DNA of 64,000 nt, taken from contig RBZT01000588.1 in the NCBI GenBank assembly GCA_003693705.1, positions 124,001-188,000 of the forward strand, in the 5' to 3' direction. A program made the position numbers and the translations under genes. Of the stretch, positions 12,424 through 24,418 are shown piece after piece (positions within the stretch are counted from its first letter, which is position 1; each line of letters begins with the position of its first letter). Under the pieces are notes generated by a model. It worked only from the letters and a program-made list of their open reading frames with translations. It had not been told where the DNA came from and made no database searches. This DNA is from Polymyxa betae A26-41 (taxonomy: Eukaryota; Protista; Endomyxa: Phytomyxea).

Positions 12424-15007
12424 ATGCTCTATGCAGTAGCAGAAATCAACGCAACAAGCACCATTGCGATCAAGCAGGTCGTACATGCCAAACAGCAATT
12501 GGAAAACTCCATGTCTTCTTTTATTGTATCGCATAAAGTGAACATATCAAACTTTTATCGAGGAATCTGTTTGCAACAATCGAGAAGCGTCGTAGATGAA
12601 ATATGGTCAGCATCTACTAATGTGATAGATAATACAGTTTTATGCAGCTGGAAAGTTTCAACCTTTTCCTATCGTCGGTCGCGCGTGCCTCTCGGTGGCT
12701 GGAGTCAACCGACCGACATTTCATGTTCGACATGTCAATTCGGGACAATCTGTTAGCTGACGCTATGGGCGTCTTCAGATATGCACAGACGTGGAGTGCT
12801 TATATCTACAGAGTTCCCTCAGATACTGCTCAGATTATTTTCACGGTTTTGCTAATTTACTGGTTTGGACAATGGCAGAAACCAATTGGATTGAATTCAA
12901 ATTTCGAGTTTTAGGATTGGATATATGCACCATAGTTTCATCTGGATCGCTGTCGTCATCTTCGCCTCGAACTCAGCAATGTCCAGAAAACGAAACCAGA
13001 TCGAAGAAGCTCGCGAATCTTGCCGATCGCATTTCCAAAACGCCTATTCCGATCGCTTGAAACAAAGTTTTCCTGAGTTTGAAGGCAGTTTCGCGCATCA
13101 TCGTGCTCGATCACACCTCTTATTGTAACTTAGATTGCCAAGTAGCGAACCAATTGTTTGCCTCATTGTGGCCGCATCTAAACGCATACTTGAAAGGCAC
13201 CGATTTGGTCTCAGGATGGGACCTGCTTAGTGTCTTCGACGATTTTCTGGATGCCCATAAAGGTCCTGTTCTTGAACTAGGAGATATACCTCCACGAATA
13301 TGTGGCATCCGCCTGCTCTCTCCTGCTGGTAATTGCCAGTATGCTGCCTCAATAGCATAACCTTCACCGCTTTATGATGTTCTGGCGTAGGTTTCTGGAT
13401 ATTCATTGTAGCTATCATGGCAACGCCAAATTGACTGCTCGTGTTGCCAAATATCAACACGGTTCGTTATCGATGCTTTCGGTCTCTAATTCTGACACGT
13501 TCCGAGCAGAAACGGATTTGACAATTTCGTCCATCTCAGCTGAGTTTATTATACGCTTGTGCATGAATACGTCTAGCGGCGAGATTGTTGCAAATTTAGC
13601 TGCAATGCCGGAATATAATTTCAGTTTGGACGTGTGCAATCTGGACTTAATGGGTAACTATATAACAAGGTCGGGTTTTGCTTGGTTGAAGACCCATTTC
13701 ATGATTCGGTGCTGTTTAGAAAAGCCATATTGGCAAAAGTACGTTCGTATATTAATACGTCATTGCTGTCAAAGATCTGGGTGTTGAAGCAGGGCGTTTG
13801 TCGCGAACTAGTAATGCCCAGTGTCAAAGGTAGTCAGGTGCCATCAGAATTTTCAGAACCGCTTACAAAGTGGACAACAGGAACGATCGTCATTACAGTT
13901 TCGTCTTTCTTGCCGTCTGCAACCTTCTCAGCAGAGGTATCCATGATTCTCTGTCGAATACCTAACACGAGCTTCTCCTGTAGCGAAGAGAATTTATATG
14001 AAAAACCTGGACAGTTTCGACAAGGTTTTCAACCGGTAATGTTTCAAGAGTTATGCTCGCTCAGGAATCTGACAGTCTATGTCAGTTGGAACTGCCAGTT
14101 CTGGAAAGCACTGAAAGCATTGAGATATTGGTGTTCAGCCGCAAATCAGGGAGTAAAGATGTTCAAATGGGACAATCACAGTTCCATATGAATATGCTCA
14201 ATTGTTTCAAGAATAATTCCATTCGCGACACATTGATACTTCCAATTGCTGATGTCGGAGTGTTGTATCTCGAGATTGGCTGCAGATTCAAACAATTTCC
14301 ACCGATTAGCGACGATCCCATTGTAAAATCTGAAGCTGTACTACTCAGCGACTTGCCAAACAAAGTGGTCGGCAGAGGATTAGAAAACAATTGCACTAAC
14401 GGACGGTCAGGGGAGCGTAACCGAGATGCTAACATCGAATTTACAATCTTTATTTGGCAACAAACAAAAACCGATACGAATGAAGTAAATATCATGTCAG
14501 ACTGTTCCTAGTGATGATAACTGGACGAACAGGAAATTCATTGACGTCGACCAAGAAAGATACGAATTACGTATTGAAATGCTTTCAGCTAAAGATATGA
14601 ACAATTACTCATTGAAGACGCCAGTCTATGGGATTGTCAGCTTAGAGCGACAGCACCAGAAAGACATTCCAGAAAGAGTGCAGTTGTCGACAAGAGTTTC
14701 TAATGGTGCAAATCCAACCTGGTAGGAAGCTAAAATCAAAAAAAAATAACTGATTTCAGTTAGGAACCAAAATTTGAATTTTGGAATCTGGGGCAACATT
14801 TCGACATTGAGAGTTACCATCGAATTTTGGAATACCTTAACCGAGGCAGATCCGGTTCTAATGGATTCAGTCGAAATCGATCTTATCAACCTGATTTACA
14901 GTGGCAAGTTCGATTGCGATTCTACGTATCAGTCATTCGACTTTGACAGAGCATTATCGAGATCTGCAGGATCTGTCCAGTTTCTGCTTCATTTAGAACG
15001 GCAATAA
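12424..15007 (+). CDS. Extended-synaptotagmin/tricalbin-like protein (TM hairpin + SMP + C2 domains); start uncertain
   Basis: Hydrophobic hairpin (VLLIYWFG...SFIWIAVV), SMP-like NQLFASLWPHLN...LELGDIPPRICGIR...SYHGNA, and C2-like segments (ILVFSRKSGSKDVQMGQSQF; STRVSNGANPTW; LRVTIEFWN). Confidence 0.6.
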
Positions 15008-15231
15008 ATCAAACCATCAATTGATAACGGGATGCATTCGTATCTAAACCTGCTTACGTGGTCTCCTAAAAACTTGATGGATCGTAAAAAGCTTTTTTGG
15101 AACCTCTATCTTCGGACTGCGGAATAAGTAGGGTATTGCAGATATCGAATCTCATCTTTTCCACCAAGACTGCAATTAGTGAAAAAAACTTCCAGTTCCC
15201 GTAATCTGATCAGGCTCTTGTTCGTGACATC

Positions 15232-16740
15232 ATGGATCCCGAACACATCGACGATTCCGAGTCGGATTCATCCGAGTCAGCCGGTGTCGCTCTATCCTTG
15301 ATGCCTGGCATGACCGGTACCGAACGGATGCATCCCGCCTTGCAGGCGCAGCTGCTGCGAGCCCAGCAGCGTCGAGCAACATCGAGCCTGCAAGGGATTC
15401 AGCAAGGGTTAACGTCATCACAACTGCAGACCCAACCTAGGCCCTCTGCCCAGCCGCCTGCTCCGATGTTTAGCTCTGCTGCTCAGTTTCTTCCTGTTCT
15501 GCAGGCATCGTTCGCTCCAAGGCCACCAACAACGGTTCGATGCTGCATTTGCATTGTTAATTTTTGTTAAATTTGTCCCGAAGAAACCTGTCGATGACAC
15601 CAATGTTTATGACCCATTTGCTGCTGCAGGCTTGGACTTACAGGTCTGTCTTGGGTGTCATTCTGCTGCCGGATTAAGTTTAATCACGAATTCAGAGTGA
15701 AAGGCATAATCTCAATGTCATGACTGAATCAAGTACTGCTATAGAGTCTCGCCGTCAGCTTTCCTCTAGGCAGGTCCATGAAGAGCAATTCTTCGTTCGA
15801 CAAATACAGTTGAAAACGATTCTTCTTGCAATAGGTCATTGAGTTCTCGAACTCAGTATTTGTGCTATTTTCACTGAGGCTTATTCAGCAAAGAAGCGCG
15901 GACTCGATGGCGTTTCCGATGGAGTTTGTGAGCTAATAACATTCGCTCTTCAAGAACACCTGGAAGATATCGTCGAACAACTAGTTGCGATTTCGCGCCA
16001 AAGGATAGACGAGCAAAAGAATTTGCTCCCGTATTGCATTGATAATCTTTGATGGTGAATTATCTGATTCTTCTTTAGACGCTCAATTCTGTCCGAACCG
16101 CACCAACAAATCAAACGCATTCAAAAAATGGAAGGTTCGCTTATTTCCCTTCTGCAATGCTTCAAATTAATCGTTCCTTAAGAGGAAGAGAAACGACGCC
16201 TTCAACAGGAGGAGCGAAATCGTATTTTGGAAGAAGCCAGGGTAGAATGAATTCCATTTCGTCAGAATTTGTTACTCGTTTTGAAACATTGCCAGTTGCT
16301 TAGAGAGTCCCAAGGAAAGGACGAAGAGATGGATTCAAGGATTGCAGAGCGTCTCAAGAAATTGGAAGAGGAAGAAAAGGAAAGGCAAAAGCTTACTGAT
16401 ATAAATGGTGTGTCCAATGATTAATTCTTTGTATTGAAAAATTGAGTGATTTTGTTTAGATGCTGCTCTTCTTGCAATCGGTGGTGGTGCGGAATTCTCA
16501 TTCAAGAAAAAAGCTACCCCGACTGCTGCAACATCCACGTTCAAAAACGACTTTAACTTATTTCCCGGAATGCCCTCGTTTTTACCGGTGTCATCGCTTG
16601 ATATCCGCGATTCATCAAACAAGCGCCAGCTCTCGTTGCAAGACTGTATCCATTATCTTGAACGCGACTATCACAGTACAAAATCCAACCTTCTATTTAG
16701 ATTATACCAACGTGTTGGTGTAAATCGTCCAAGGCGATGA
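15232..16740 (+). CDS. TAF4: TFIID subunit TAF4
   Basis: DDTNVYDPFAAAGLDLQ, histone fold (KRGLDGVSDGVCELITFALQEHLEDIVEQLVAISRQR), DAALLAIGG and C-terminal RQLSLQDCIHYLERD...SNLLFRLY. Confidence 0.85.
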
Positions 16741-16865
16741 TATTTTGCAAAATCCTTAGCTGAATTAAAGGCCTGTATATTTATCAGTTCCAAATTTACA
16801 AGATTCGTTGCAACTGTCTTTAGCTCTGCCTATAGAAAATCCGCAGTTTTTTATGGAATTTTTCA

Positions 16866-17354
16866 ATGACGGAATCGATCGAAGAAAGGCACAAACGTTT
16901 AGCTGCCCTGCGAGCTGAAGCCATCAGCGCTGGAGCTGTAGAAGACGACGTGCCTGCTAACGTTGTCGATGAGAGCGACAATGATGAAGCGGTCGAAAAT
17001 GAGCCCGGCGCCCAAGAATCTGAACTGAAGTTTCTGAATTATCGTCCAAAGGCGAAAGAGCTCGCCGAACTGCATGTTGGAGGAACAGCCGTTCCCAACG
17101 TTGAGCAGATGACGGCTGAGATCCGCGAAACCATCCAGAAACCACAAGTATGTTGCAATGTTTACACAATCAAATCTTTCAACATTTCGGCTTTTTAGGA
17201 AGAATTGATAAGCATTGCTCCCAAAAAGCCAAATTTGGATCTGAAACGCGATGTTCAAAAGGATTTGGGTATCCTACAGAAGCGAACAAAGGTTGCCATT
17301 GCTAAACTCGCACAACAGTTAGCAGAGCAAGAAGAAATCGCAAATGAGAGCTAA
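16866..17354 (+). CDS. CCDC12: CCDC12/Cwf18 pre-mRNA splicing factor (2 exons)
   Basis: EERHKRLAALRA, LKFLNYRP and IAPKKPNLDLKRDVQKDLGILQKRTKVAIAKL. Confidence 0.9.
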
Positions 17355-17838
17355 GCTGCCCCGTTAAAGTAGAAGGGTAATGCGCAGACAGAGTATCTAC
17401 ATTAACCATAAACAATCGATAAATATGCTATAGCAGTGAGGAAAACAACAGCTTAGTAACGTCCTGGCTGATTGTCAATCTAGGGAAATTCCCCATTTCT
17501 TAATACAATGTAAATTATGTTTTTTTTTTCTACAGTATTCAGCAGAATATTGCTTTTGTAAACATACTTTAACCTTGTACATTCGTTAGCTTGCTTGAAA
17601 GGAGAGCATTCCGGTTGTATTTCAACACGTGGGTCAGAGTCTTCGAGAAAATCGGAGGCCGAAGAAAAGGCCGCTCTCAAACCCTGTTGGTTGACGACAG
17701 CCGAATGGCTGCGTGGTCGGAGCCGGACTGCGCATTACCACAACAAGGGGAGGGGGGCCTCTGATTCGTCATTCGTCACAAAGGTCATTTTCTTTCGTAG
17801 TTTGCTGATCGTTTGCAGACTCCTGGACTTCTATAGCA

Positions 17839-19370
17839 ATGTCGCGCAGTCGGTCTAGATCTAGGTCGCCTCGATCTCGTTCGCGCTCTCCCAGGCGCCG
17901 TTCCATGTCGCCTCGTGGCGGCCGCAGCCCTGCTCGGGACCGTGGCGAATGCGACGTAATTGAGCTCACTTATGATGAAGTCAGTACTTTGATCATTATA
18001 ACATTGATCTCATTAATCCTAGGTTGGGTTTGTTCTTGGAAAACTCGGCTCTACAAAGCGGAAAATTGAACGTGTTTCTGGCGCCCGCCTTGATTTACAC
18101 GAACGTGACCATCGTCTGGAAATCTTCGGATCTCCTCAAGAGCGTCAACGAGCTGCCGAATATACTCGATTTGTGCTTGACCAACGCACTGGAGATGTTC
18201 AAATTGACTTGAATATTCCAAGAGACGACCTTTCGGTTGTCGATGTTCCTACCGATACTGTCGGCTTCGTTATGGGACGTGGAGGAGCAGTATTACGTGG
18301 GTTGGAGGACGAGTGGGGAACCCTAATGTTTTTCGCTAAGGGACGCGGTCGTAACGGGGACAATCCCACCGAAAAATTGGCTATTTTTGGAAGCCGTCGT
18401 GCTCGTCGTGGCGCTGAATTGAAAGTTCTCTCTGCTGTTGAACACAAACATGCAGGATTCTTTTTAAACGAAAACGGAGAGCTGCATAAACCATTAGAGC
18501 AGGTTTGCCGCATTGTTGAGGTGTGCTCCCATATCTTCATCTAACGGTGTTTTGCAGCCTGGAGACAATCTCAATGATGGCTGGGGATACAGCACACGTC
18601 TGTTGGCTAATGACGAATTTTCTTATGCATTGGGTGCTCGCGGCTCCACTCGGAAGAAGCTGGCGGCTGCTTCCGGAGCTATTCTTGAGTTCGTCGGGTT
18701 TTTAGCGATTGCTGCTGGGATGCAGGTACACTTTCATTGCTTACGATTACTGGCTCTTACCATTTTAGGATGAACGCGACCGTGCTATGGACTATCTTGA
18801 TTGGCTATTGAAACAACGTAAAGGGGGCCCAGTTCCGTTAACTGATATTGATCTAAACCGCGATGATGTAACTATTGTTGACGTTCCTTCGTCTTGTATG
18901 GGATTCATTACCGGTCGCAAAGGTCTGCTTCTTGTCCAGCGAAGTCTATATAACTGAGATTTGCTTTCAGGCGAATCACTTCGGAACATCGAACATCGCA
19001 CAACTACGTTCTGTTTTGGCGATGGCGATAAAGATGAGTCCAAAAATGAATATGAGAAATTGTACATTTTCTCGCATTTGAAGTCTGGGCGCAAGTAGGT
19101 TTGCTTTTAATAATTCTGTTCATACCTAAACCTATTCTCTTCAGAAAAGCCGCCCAATTAGTTAAAGATATGATCGAATCAGACCGCCGTCGTGGTGGCT
19201 ATCGCCACTCTCGGTCACGCTCTCCGAGAGGAGATCGTCGCCGTTCGAAATCGTGGTCTCCTCGTCGCCACTCGCGTTCACGTTCGCCCCGGTACCGAGA
19301 ATCCCCTCGTTATCGCGAGTCGCCTCGCTATCGCGATGATCGTCGTGATAGCCGTTATTATCGCTACTGA
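17839..19370 (+). CDS. RS-rich RNA-binding protein with four KH domains
   Basis: RS tracts at both termini (MSRSRSRSRSPR; RSRSPRYRESPRY) and four KH GxxG loops: GFVLGKLG, GFVMGRGG, YALGARG and GFITGRK|G. Confidence 0.85.
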
Positions 19371-19550
19371 GTGTAAGCTGTCGTCCTTTCTCTTTTCTTT
19401 ATCGCTCATGTCTAATTCCAGTTTTCATCCGAATCATAAGTACGATTCGTGTCAAACGCATTTGAGACAATTTGGCTTCCGCATCTCTTGGATACAATGA
19501 AAATAACGATTCGATGTTGATGTTGACTTGCCTCTTCATTTTGACTTCAT

Positions 19551-19660
19551 GCTCTGGTCGAGATTCAGTTATTAAGTTCACTATTTGGCCTTTGGACCAC
19601 TAGTAGCTCTGGTCGTGTTCAGTTATTAAGTTCACTATTTGCCCTTTGGTCCACTTGTTG
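19551..19660. repeat. Tandem direct repeat, 2 x about 55 bp, in the KH-gene 3' region
   Basis: gctctggtcg...ttcagttattaagttcactattt...cctttgg.ccact occurs at 19551 and again at 19606. Confidence 0.9.
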
Positions 19661-20491
19661 CATTACTGTTTACCTCCACTCTCAGCTTCTTTTTGTTTTC
19701 CGCTTCATATCCATGGGTCGGGCGCAATCGTAATTTCTCTATCTCGGCTTTTGGTATGCTGATAGGTGAGTTTCTCGTATTGTAATCTCCTAGAATTCTT
19801 CCTGGGGTTGTTTTGGTGCTTCGCTATCATAGTGCAATGTGTCGTATTACAGTAACTACCGTGCTTGATGTTTTCTGTAAGTCTGCCTGTAGGTCAATTA
19901 ATTAAGCTACTAGTGACGGTGTCGTCGTTCGATACATTCGGCTTTTACTTTGCCATTTGCCCCTGGAAATTACATGTCTCTTTTGTGAAGATTGAATAAA
20001 ACATGCTTTGTTGTCGGCTTCAACAATTTGCTGATGTAAGCTAGAGTAGACATTCGTTAATTAGCTTAAATTATCTAACGAATAGTGAGCTGACGGCTTG
20101 GATCTCTACCAGGAGCTGAGAACCTGCCTTACCGCAGATTGAAGGATTGTTTATTCTTTTCGGAGATGGGATGCAAACAATTTTGACTTGTTCCAATTTA
20201 TTTATTGAGCGAATTTTGACTTCGGGTATGGTTGGTCTCAAAATCATCGTTTTGGCTTTTTTGGTGGCAGAGCCTCATTGCCAATCCGCTGTTCGAATAT
20301 CACTATGTATACTAATCAATCATTCATTATATTCAATTTCTTGGTTATATAATTCACAGCTAACTGTTCGGTGATCTCTGGAATCTGGAGTATAGAACAG
20401 TCTATCGTAGTCAGTAGTCTCACGGTAGCATAGTGGCGGTGTACAGCAACGTAGTGTCAAATTCTTATACCACTTACATTCTGTATTCACC

Positions 20492-21041
20492 ATGGCCTTG
20501 CCATCTTGTCTCAAGTTCTTCTGTCCTTCCACAAAACTGCCGCCTCAGACATGGGGGATGTTTTTCTGCCATTTATCAGTCGCCTCCATTGCTGTCGCTA
20601 CTGGATTCTGTACGGCTGCTTAATATGGACGAATGCCAAACTTGACTTTTTTTAGATCTATCTTTCGCTATTCACAAAGTGGATGCTGCTGAGCAGCTTG
20701 CTCTTTGGGTTGCTGTTGCACTGATAAGTGTACTTTTCCTTTCAGAGTCATTGAAACATCTCGAACATGAAGCCCTTTCGTCCCGTTTGCAGGAATCTCG
20801 TGAATTTTTCTCTAAGCTGCGTGGGTTCTCTTTCAAACGAATTGGATTCTCCCAGGAAAGCGTTGAGAAGAATGTTCGCCGCGTGTCGGTATCTATTGCT
20901 CATTTCCAAGGACTCACCTTATTCTTTCTGATGTTTGCGTTCCTTTTGCATCGTCTAGCTGTCAAGTTCTCGTCGGAAGTTACAATTGCAGCATCTCTGT
21001 CAATTGGAGCTTTCCTGCCCTGGCTAGCGGCTGGTCAATAG
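20492..21041 (+). CDS. SSR3: Translocon-associated protein gamma (TRAP-gamma/SSR3)-like, 4 TM
   Basis: The spliced ORF has two TM segments, a charged helical linker, then SVSIAHFQGLTLFFLMFAFL...FSSEVTIAASLSIGAFLPWL, paralleling SSR3 topology. Confidence 0.6.
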
Positions 21042-21082
21042 CCTAGCCGTTATCATTTTATTTCAACCAATTAATCACGACG

Positions 21083-21920
21083 TCAATTTTTCGCCAGTAC
21101 TTTGCACTGCTCCGAGCAAAATGACTTTCCGCTGTCAATTATGGCTTGCTTTATGAAGCATGCCTTCATATCTATCAGATTGGGCAAACATGTCAGGTTC
21201 AATTACCTTATAGCATTTATCGTTTTGACACGATAAGCGATTTTCATTGAAATACCGACCAACGCAATCTGCATTGCAAAAATTTTTCTTGGTGATAGGT
21301 TCCCGATATGCTTCGTTTAGAAGCAATAGTTTATAGCAGTGGTAACAGGCTGCCCTTTTCGTTGTAACAGTTTCTGCTTCAACCTTAAGTAATTGGAAAG
21401 ATCTCGTCGCTCCTTCGTCTGGAACGGATTTTTTTTGGCGGCCCCTGAGCCATTGCACTCGGGCTTCTTGGAACAAGCGTCTGCTTTTAGCCTCATCAAA
21501 GAATTCGCCATCTCCCGCGTTAGCAATCTCTTTATGATCTTCATTCTGAGTAGTAATTGGGCTCAAGGTAACCTTGCAACTTCTTTTAGGCGAAACTAAC
21601 GCCTTTGGATGAGCATTGCTGACCAATCGATGAGACTCAGAAAGCATCGGTGTTTTGTTTTTCAAAACTAATGGAGCTTTCTTGTCTGCTTTTTGAAGAA
21701 TATTTTCTGCTAATTTGCGAATTGATATCGGACGGGAATTTTCCCAAAACAAGCCTTGATTCTTCGCTCGTTTCTGATTGAACTTCAAGCGGGCTTGTTC
21801 TTGCATTTTTTGAATCAGAAGTAAGCGTCGTTCCATGTTGAGAGTCTCCTGACGCAGCGAATCTGATAAATTCGCTGTAGCCGGCATTGGGCGCTGACGT
21901 TGTGTGGCGGCTTTTGACAT
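21083..21920 (-). CDS. Coiled-coil protein with ZBBX-like motifs and two MYM/TRASH-type zinc fingers
   Basis: LRQETLNMERRL...FWENS and FDEAKSRRLFQEARVQW, then CYHCYK...FCNADC and the spliced CQNDKCYK|...SFCSEQC. Confidence 0.55.
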
Positions 21921-22109
21921 AGGCGCAGCTTAAGCGTTCATGACGTACATTCGAATCGTCTGTGATGAGATGTAAATGTGATCTGGATGGGAATCAAACA
22001 GGAACAGCAACGACTTATATCTCATGAAGCAGAATTATAACAAAAGCAGAGCGACATCAGATTGTATAATAAAATAATAAGCTAAGAACAATGCAAACAA
22101 CTAAGAGCT

Positions 22110-22410
22110 TTATGAACGAACTTCATCTCTATCACAAAACAATCAGTAAATGCCCTGATGCAAAATCTGACCGTACTTAATGGAACGAAGCAAAGTAATG
22201 ATACCCGATGGCGGGACGCCTCTTTCTAATAGCATCAAGATAGGCACTAGCGCATCGTCTTTGATGTCGACGTCAACAGCTTGGCATAGCTGTTTGAAAA
22301 GCGACACTGCCGTCAGCAGAGTCAGTTTAACCACGAAATTGGCAATGTCAGTCGATACCTTGGGCTGGCGTTAGCTGCGACGACACCTCTTCTCCTAACT
22401 TCGATGACAT
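22110..22410 (-). CDS. MOZART (MZT2-like) gamma-tubulin ring complex microprotein (3 exons)
   Basis: LFKQLCQAVDVDIKDDALVPILMLLERGVPPSGIITLLRSIK has the three-helix MZT1/MZT2 pattern. Confidence 0.65.
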
Positions 22411-22519
22411 CACCCTGAGAGTTGGAGCCACTGACGCCAAAACAACCTTAAATTGTAAATTGTGCGAATTTATTGAAAATGGCCTATTAATGGCTTTGAT
22501 AGGAGTGCCTTGAAAGACT

Positions 22520-23050
22520 TTAGTATATCATTTCGTCTGTTTTGTGAACATTTCGTTCCAGCTTTCTCGACTGTTGCCAGGCAGCCTTGCAGTAATGCTC
22601 TGCATAGTCGACCTCTGTGAGCGAACCATTCAATGGTTCATGAGCTGGGTAGGCCACCGGGTTGGTAATTAACTCGACCAGCATCATCCTCTGAGCCTCT
22701 CGTGGATCGACTTCAGTGATGGCGGCGCGGCCATCATCCTTAGCAGAAGTACTTCGGCTTTGCAAACCGCTCTCAAAAGGATCACTGCGATGGGGCTTGT
22801 AATGAGTCGAGGAGTCGAAATGGTCGACTTCCGTTATCTTCCCGTTCAGATTCCAATCGAAACTGTTCGCTTTGGATTCTGAAACAGGCTCGAATTGCGG
22901 AATTTCGCTGATGCCAAAAGTAGGCTCGCCACCGCCTTTTCGATGCTCGCTGCTGAAGACTTTAGCCGTTTTTGGGACGCCCCTTTTCACAGGCAGGTCA
23001 GGTTCATAGCCATCAAACGGATGGTCGGTTGGTGGTTGGGTGAATTCCAT
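22520..23050 (-). CDS. Hypothetical protein, 176 aa, intronless
   Basis: Clean ATG-initiated ORF with three internal (I/L)TEVD repeats. Confidence 0.65.
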   Translation of the reverse strand: MEFTQPPTDHPFDGYEPDLPVKRGVPKTAKVFSSEHRKGGGEPTFGISEIPQFEPVSESKANSFDWNLNGKITEVDHFDSSTHYKPHRSDPFESGLQSRSTSAKDDGRAAITEVDPREAQRMMLVELITNPVAYPAHEPLNGSLTEVDYAEHYCKAAWQQSRKLERNVHKTDEMIY

Positions 23051-23159
23051 TCTTTGTACTAGTGAGTGGCGGAAGGCGCGTGTACCACTGTTGCATCATG
23101 CAAGTCCAGAGTAATGACGAAATTATTTTACTTCATACGATAAGCTTATTAGAAGTTGG

Positions 23160-24139
23160 CTAAGTCGAAGAATCGGTTTGTAGCTGTCCTGGTAAGAGGG
23201 GATCTTTTACTGTGGAGCTAGTTGCTGGTTCATGAATATCACTACACTTCTGAAGGTCCTCCGATATCTGAAGGTTTTCTCGTTCGGCTTTGATGGCTGC
23301 AACACGAGCGATTTGTTGATTCTGTCTGGTCTGTGAGTATGTAAAATATATCCTAGCATTATTCAATGCACCTTCTTTTCGGTTTCTTGTTTAGTCCATT
23401 CGACAATATCTGTTTGTGTTCGGCTTTGCAGCTGATCGTGGCGCTCCGATATGGCTTTCTCAAGCCATTGAAGTCCTTCGATAATGTTTACATCTGGTGT
23501 TGTCCTATTTTCAACATAGGCACTATAATACACAGTTGGAGATTCTCCCTAACCAAATTAAGCGAAACCTACATGCATCCTTGTACGTGATATGGTGTCT
23601 GAACGAAGGCTCCCATATCAAGGCTTTTACTGATTTCATCAGCTGTCAAATGGTCAGCTAGATCCTGTTTGTTTGCCAATCTACAACATATTATTATAAC
23701 AAAAGGCAACTTTGAAAAAGGGCGAACATCAGTATTGGTTTCCCAGCAACTTTAGGATTTCTAACAGCTTCATGCAGAGCGACTTTTGATTCGTCCAGAC
23801 GCTGCAAATCGGAGGAATCGATGACAAATATAACGCCATGAAGCTGGCCTGATCTTGATAAGGCGAAAATGACATATTTTCAGTTCTGCGAACCTCGTGA
23901 TAGTAATTGCTCCAGTATTTCCGAATTGACGAACTGCCCCCAAGATCGAAGATCGTCATGCGCATTCGACCGAACGTCGTCGTAAAGCTGCTGAAGCCGA
24001 GCGTGGGCGTCACCAGTGCTTGATAATCGCCCGTTATCTGATTAACCACGCTCGACTTCCCTGCATTATCTAACCCAACAACTGCAACTTTAATCTTGGT
24101 TCGCCGTCGTATAGGGCAGGAGCTATTACAGATACCCAT
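23160..24139 (-). CDS. ARL13B: ARL13 ciliary Arf-like GTPase
   Basis: GLDNAGKS, PTLGF, DLGG without the catalytic Gln (typical of ARL13), LANKQD, N-terminal cysteines and a C-terminal coiled coil. Confidence 0.85.
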
Positions 24140-24360
24140 GGCCTAAAATGGCTCTGTACGATAATCCTGAGACTGCACGATTGGTGTGATGTGCAATTCT
24201 TCAAACGGCGAAAAGCAGACGAGATTAGGGTATAAACCATTTGGATTTATTTAGAAACAGGGGAAGGTGTTCTTGATAATCCTCAGACAGCGTTTGCAGG
24301 ACGCAAGGTCTCAATCTTGAGGGTGTGCACGAACTGGGTTCACACCAGTTATTGAAATAA

Positions 24361-24418
24361 CCGGATCAGATCATGGAATCACACCCCTAAGTTCACAGCT
24401 GTTCATCATCAGATCCAG
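24361..24418 (-). ncRNA. Candidate small box C/D snoRNA
   Basis: Minus strand reads CTGGA-TCTG-ATGATGA (box C)...CTGA (box D)-TCCGG, with a 5-bp terminal stem, in a region lacking a convincing ORF. Confidence 0.3.

Noticed and set aside
19551-19660. Direct repeat as a CRISPR array
   Set aside because: Two adjacent copies with no spacer, in a eukaryotic context with no cas genes.
24380-24392. CCCTAA inside the structured region as a telomerase RNA template
   Set aside because: It is a single hexamer, not the roughly 1.5 telomeric repeats a template needs.
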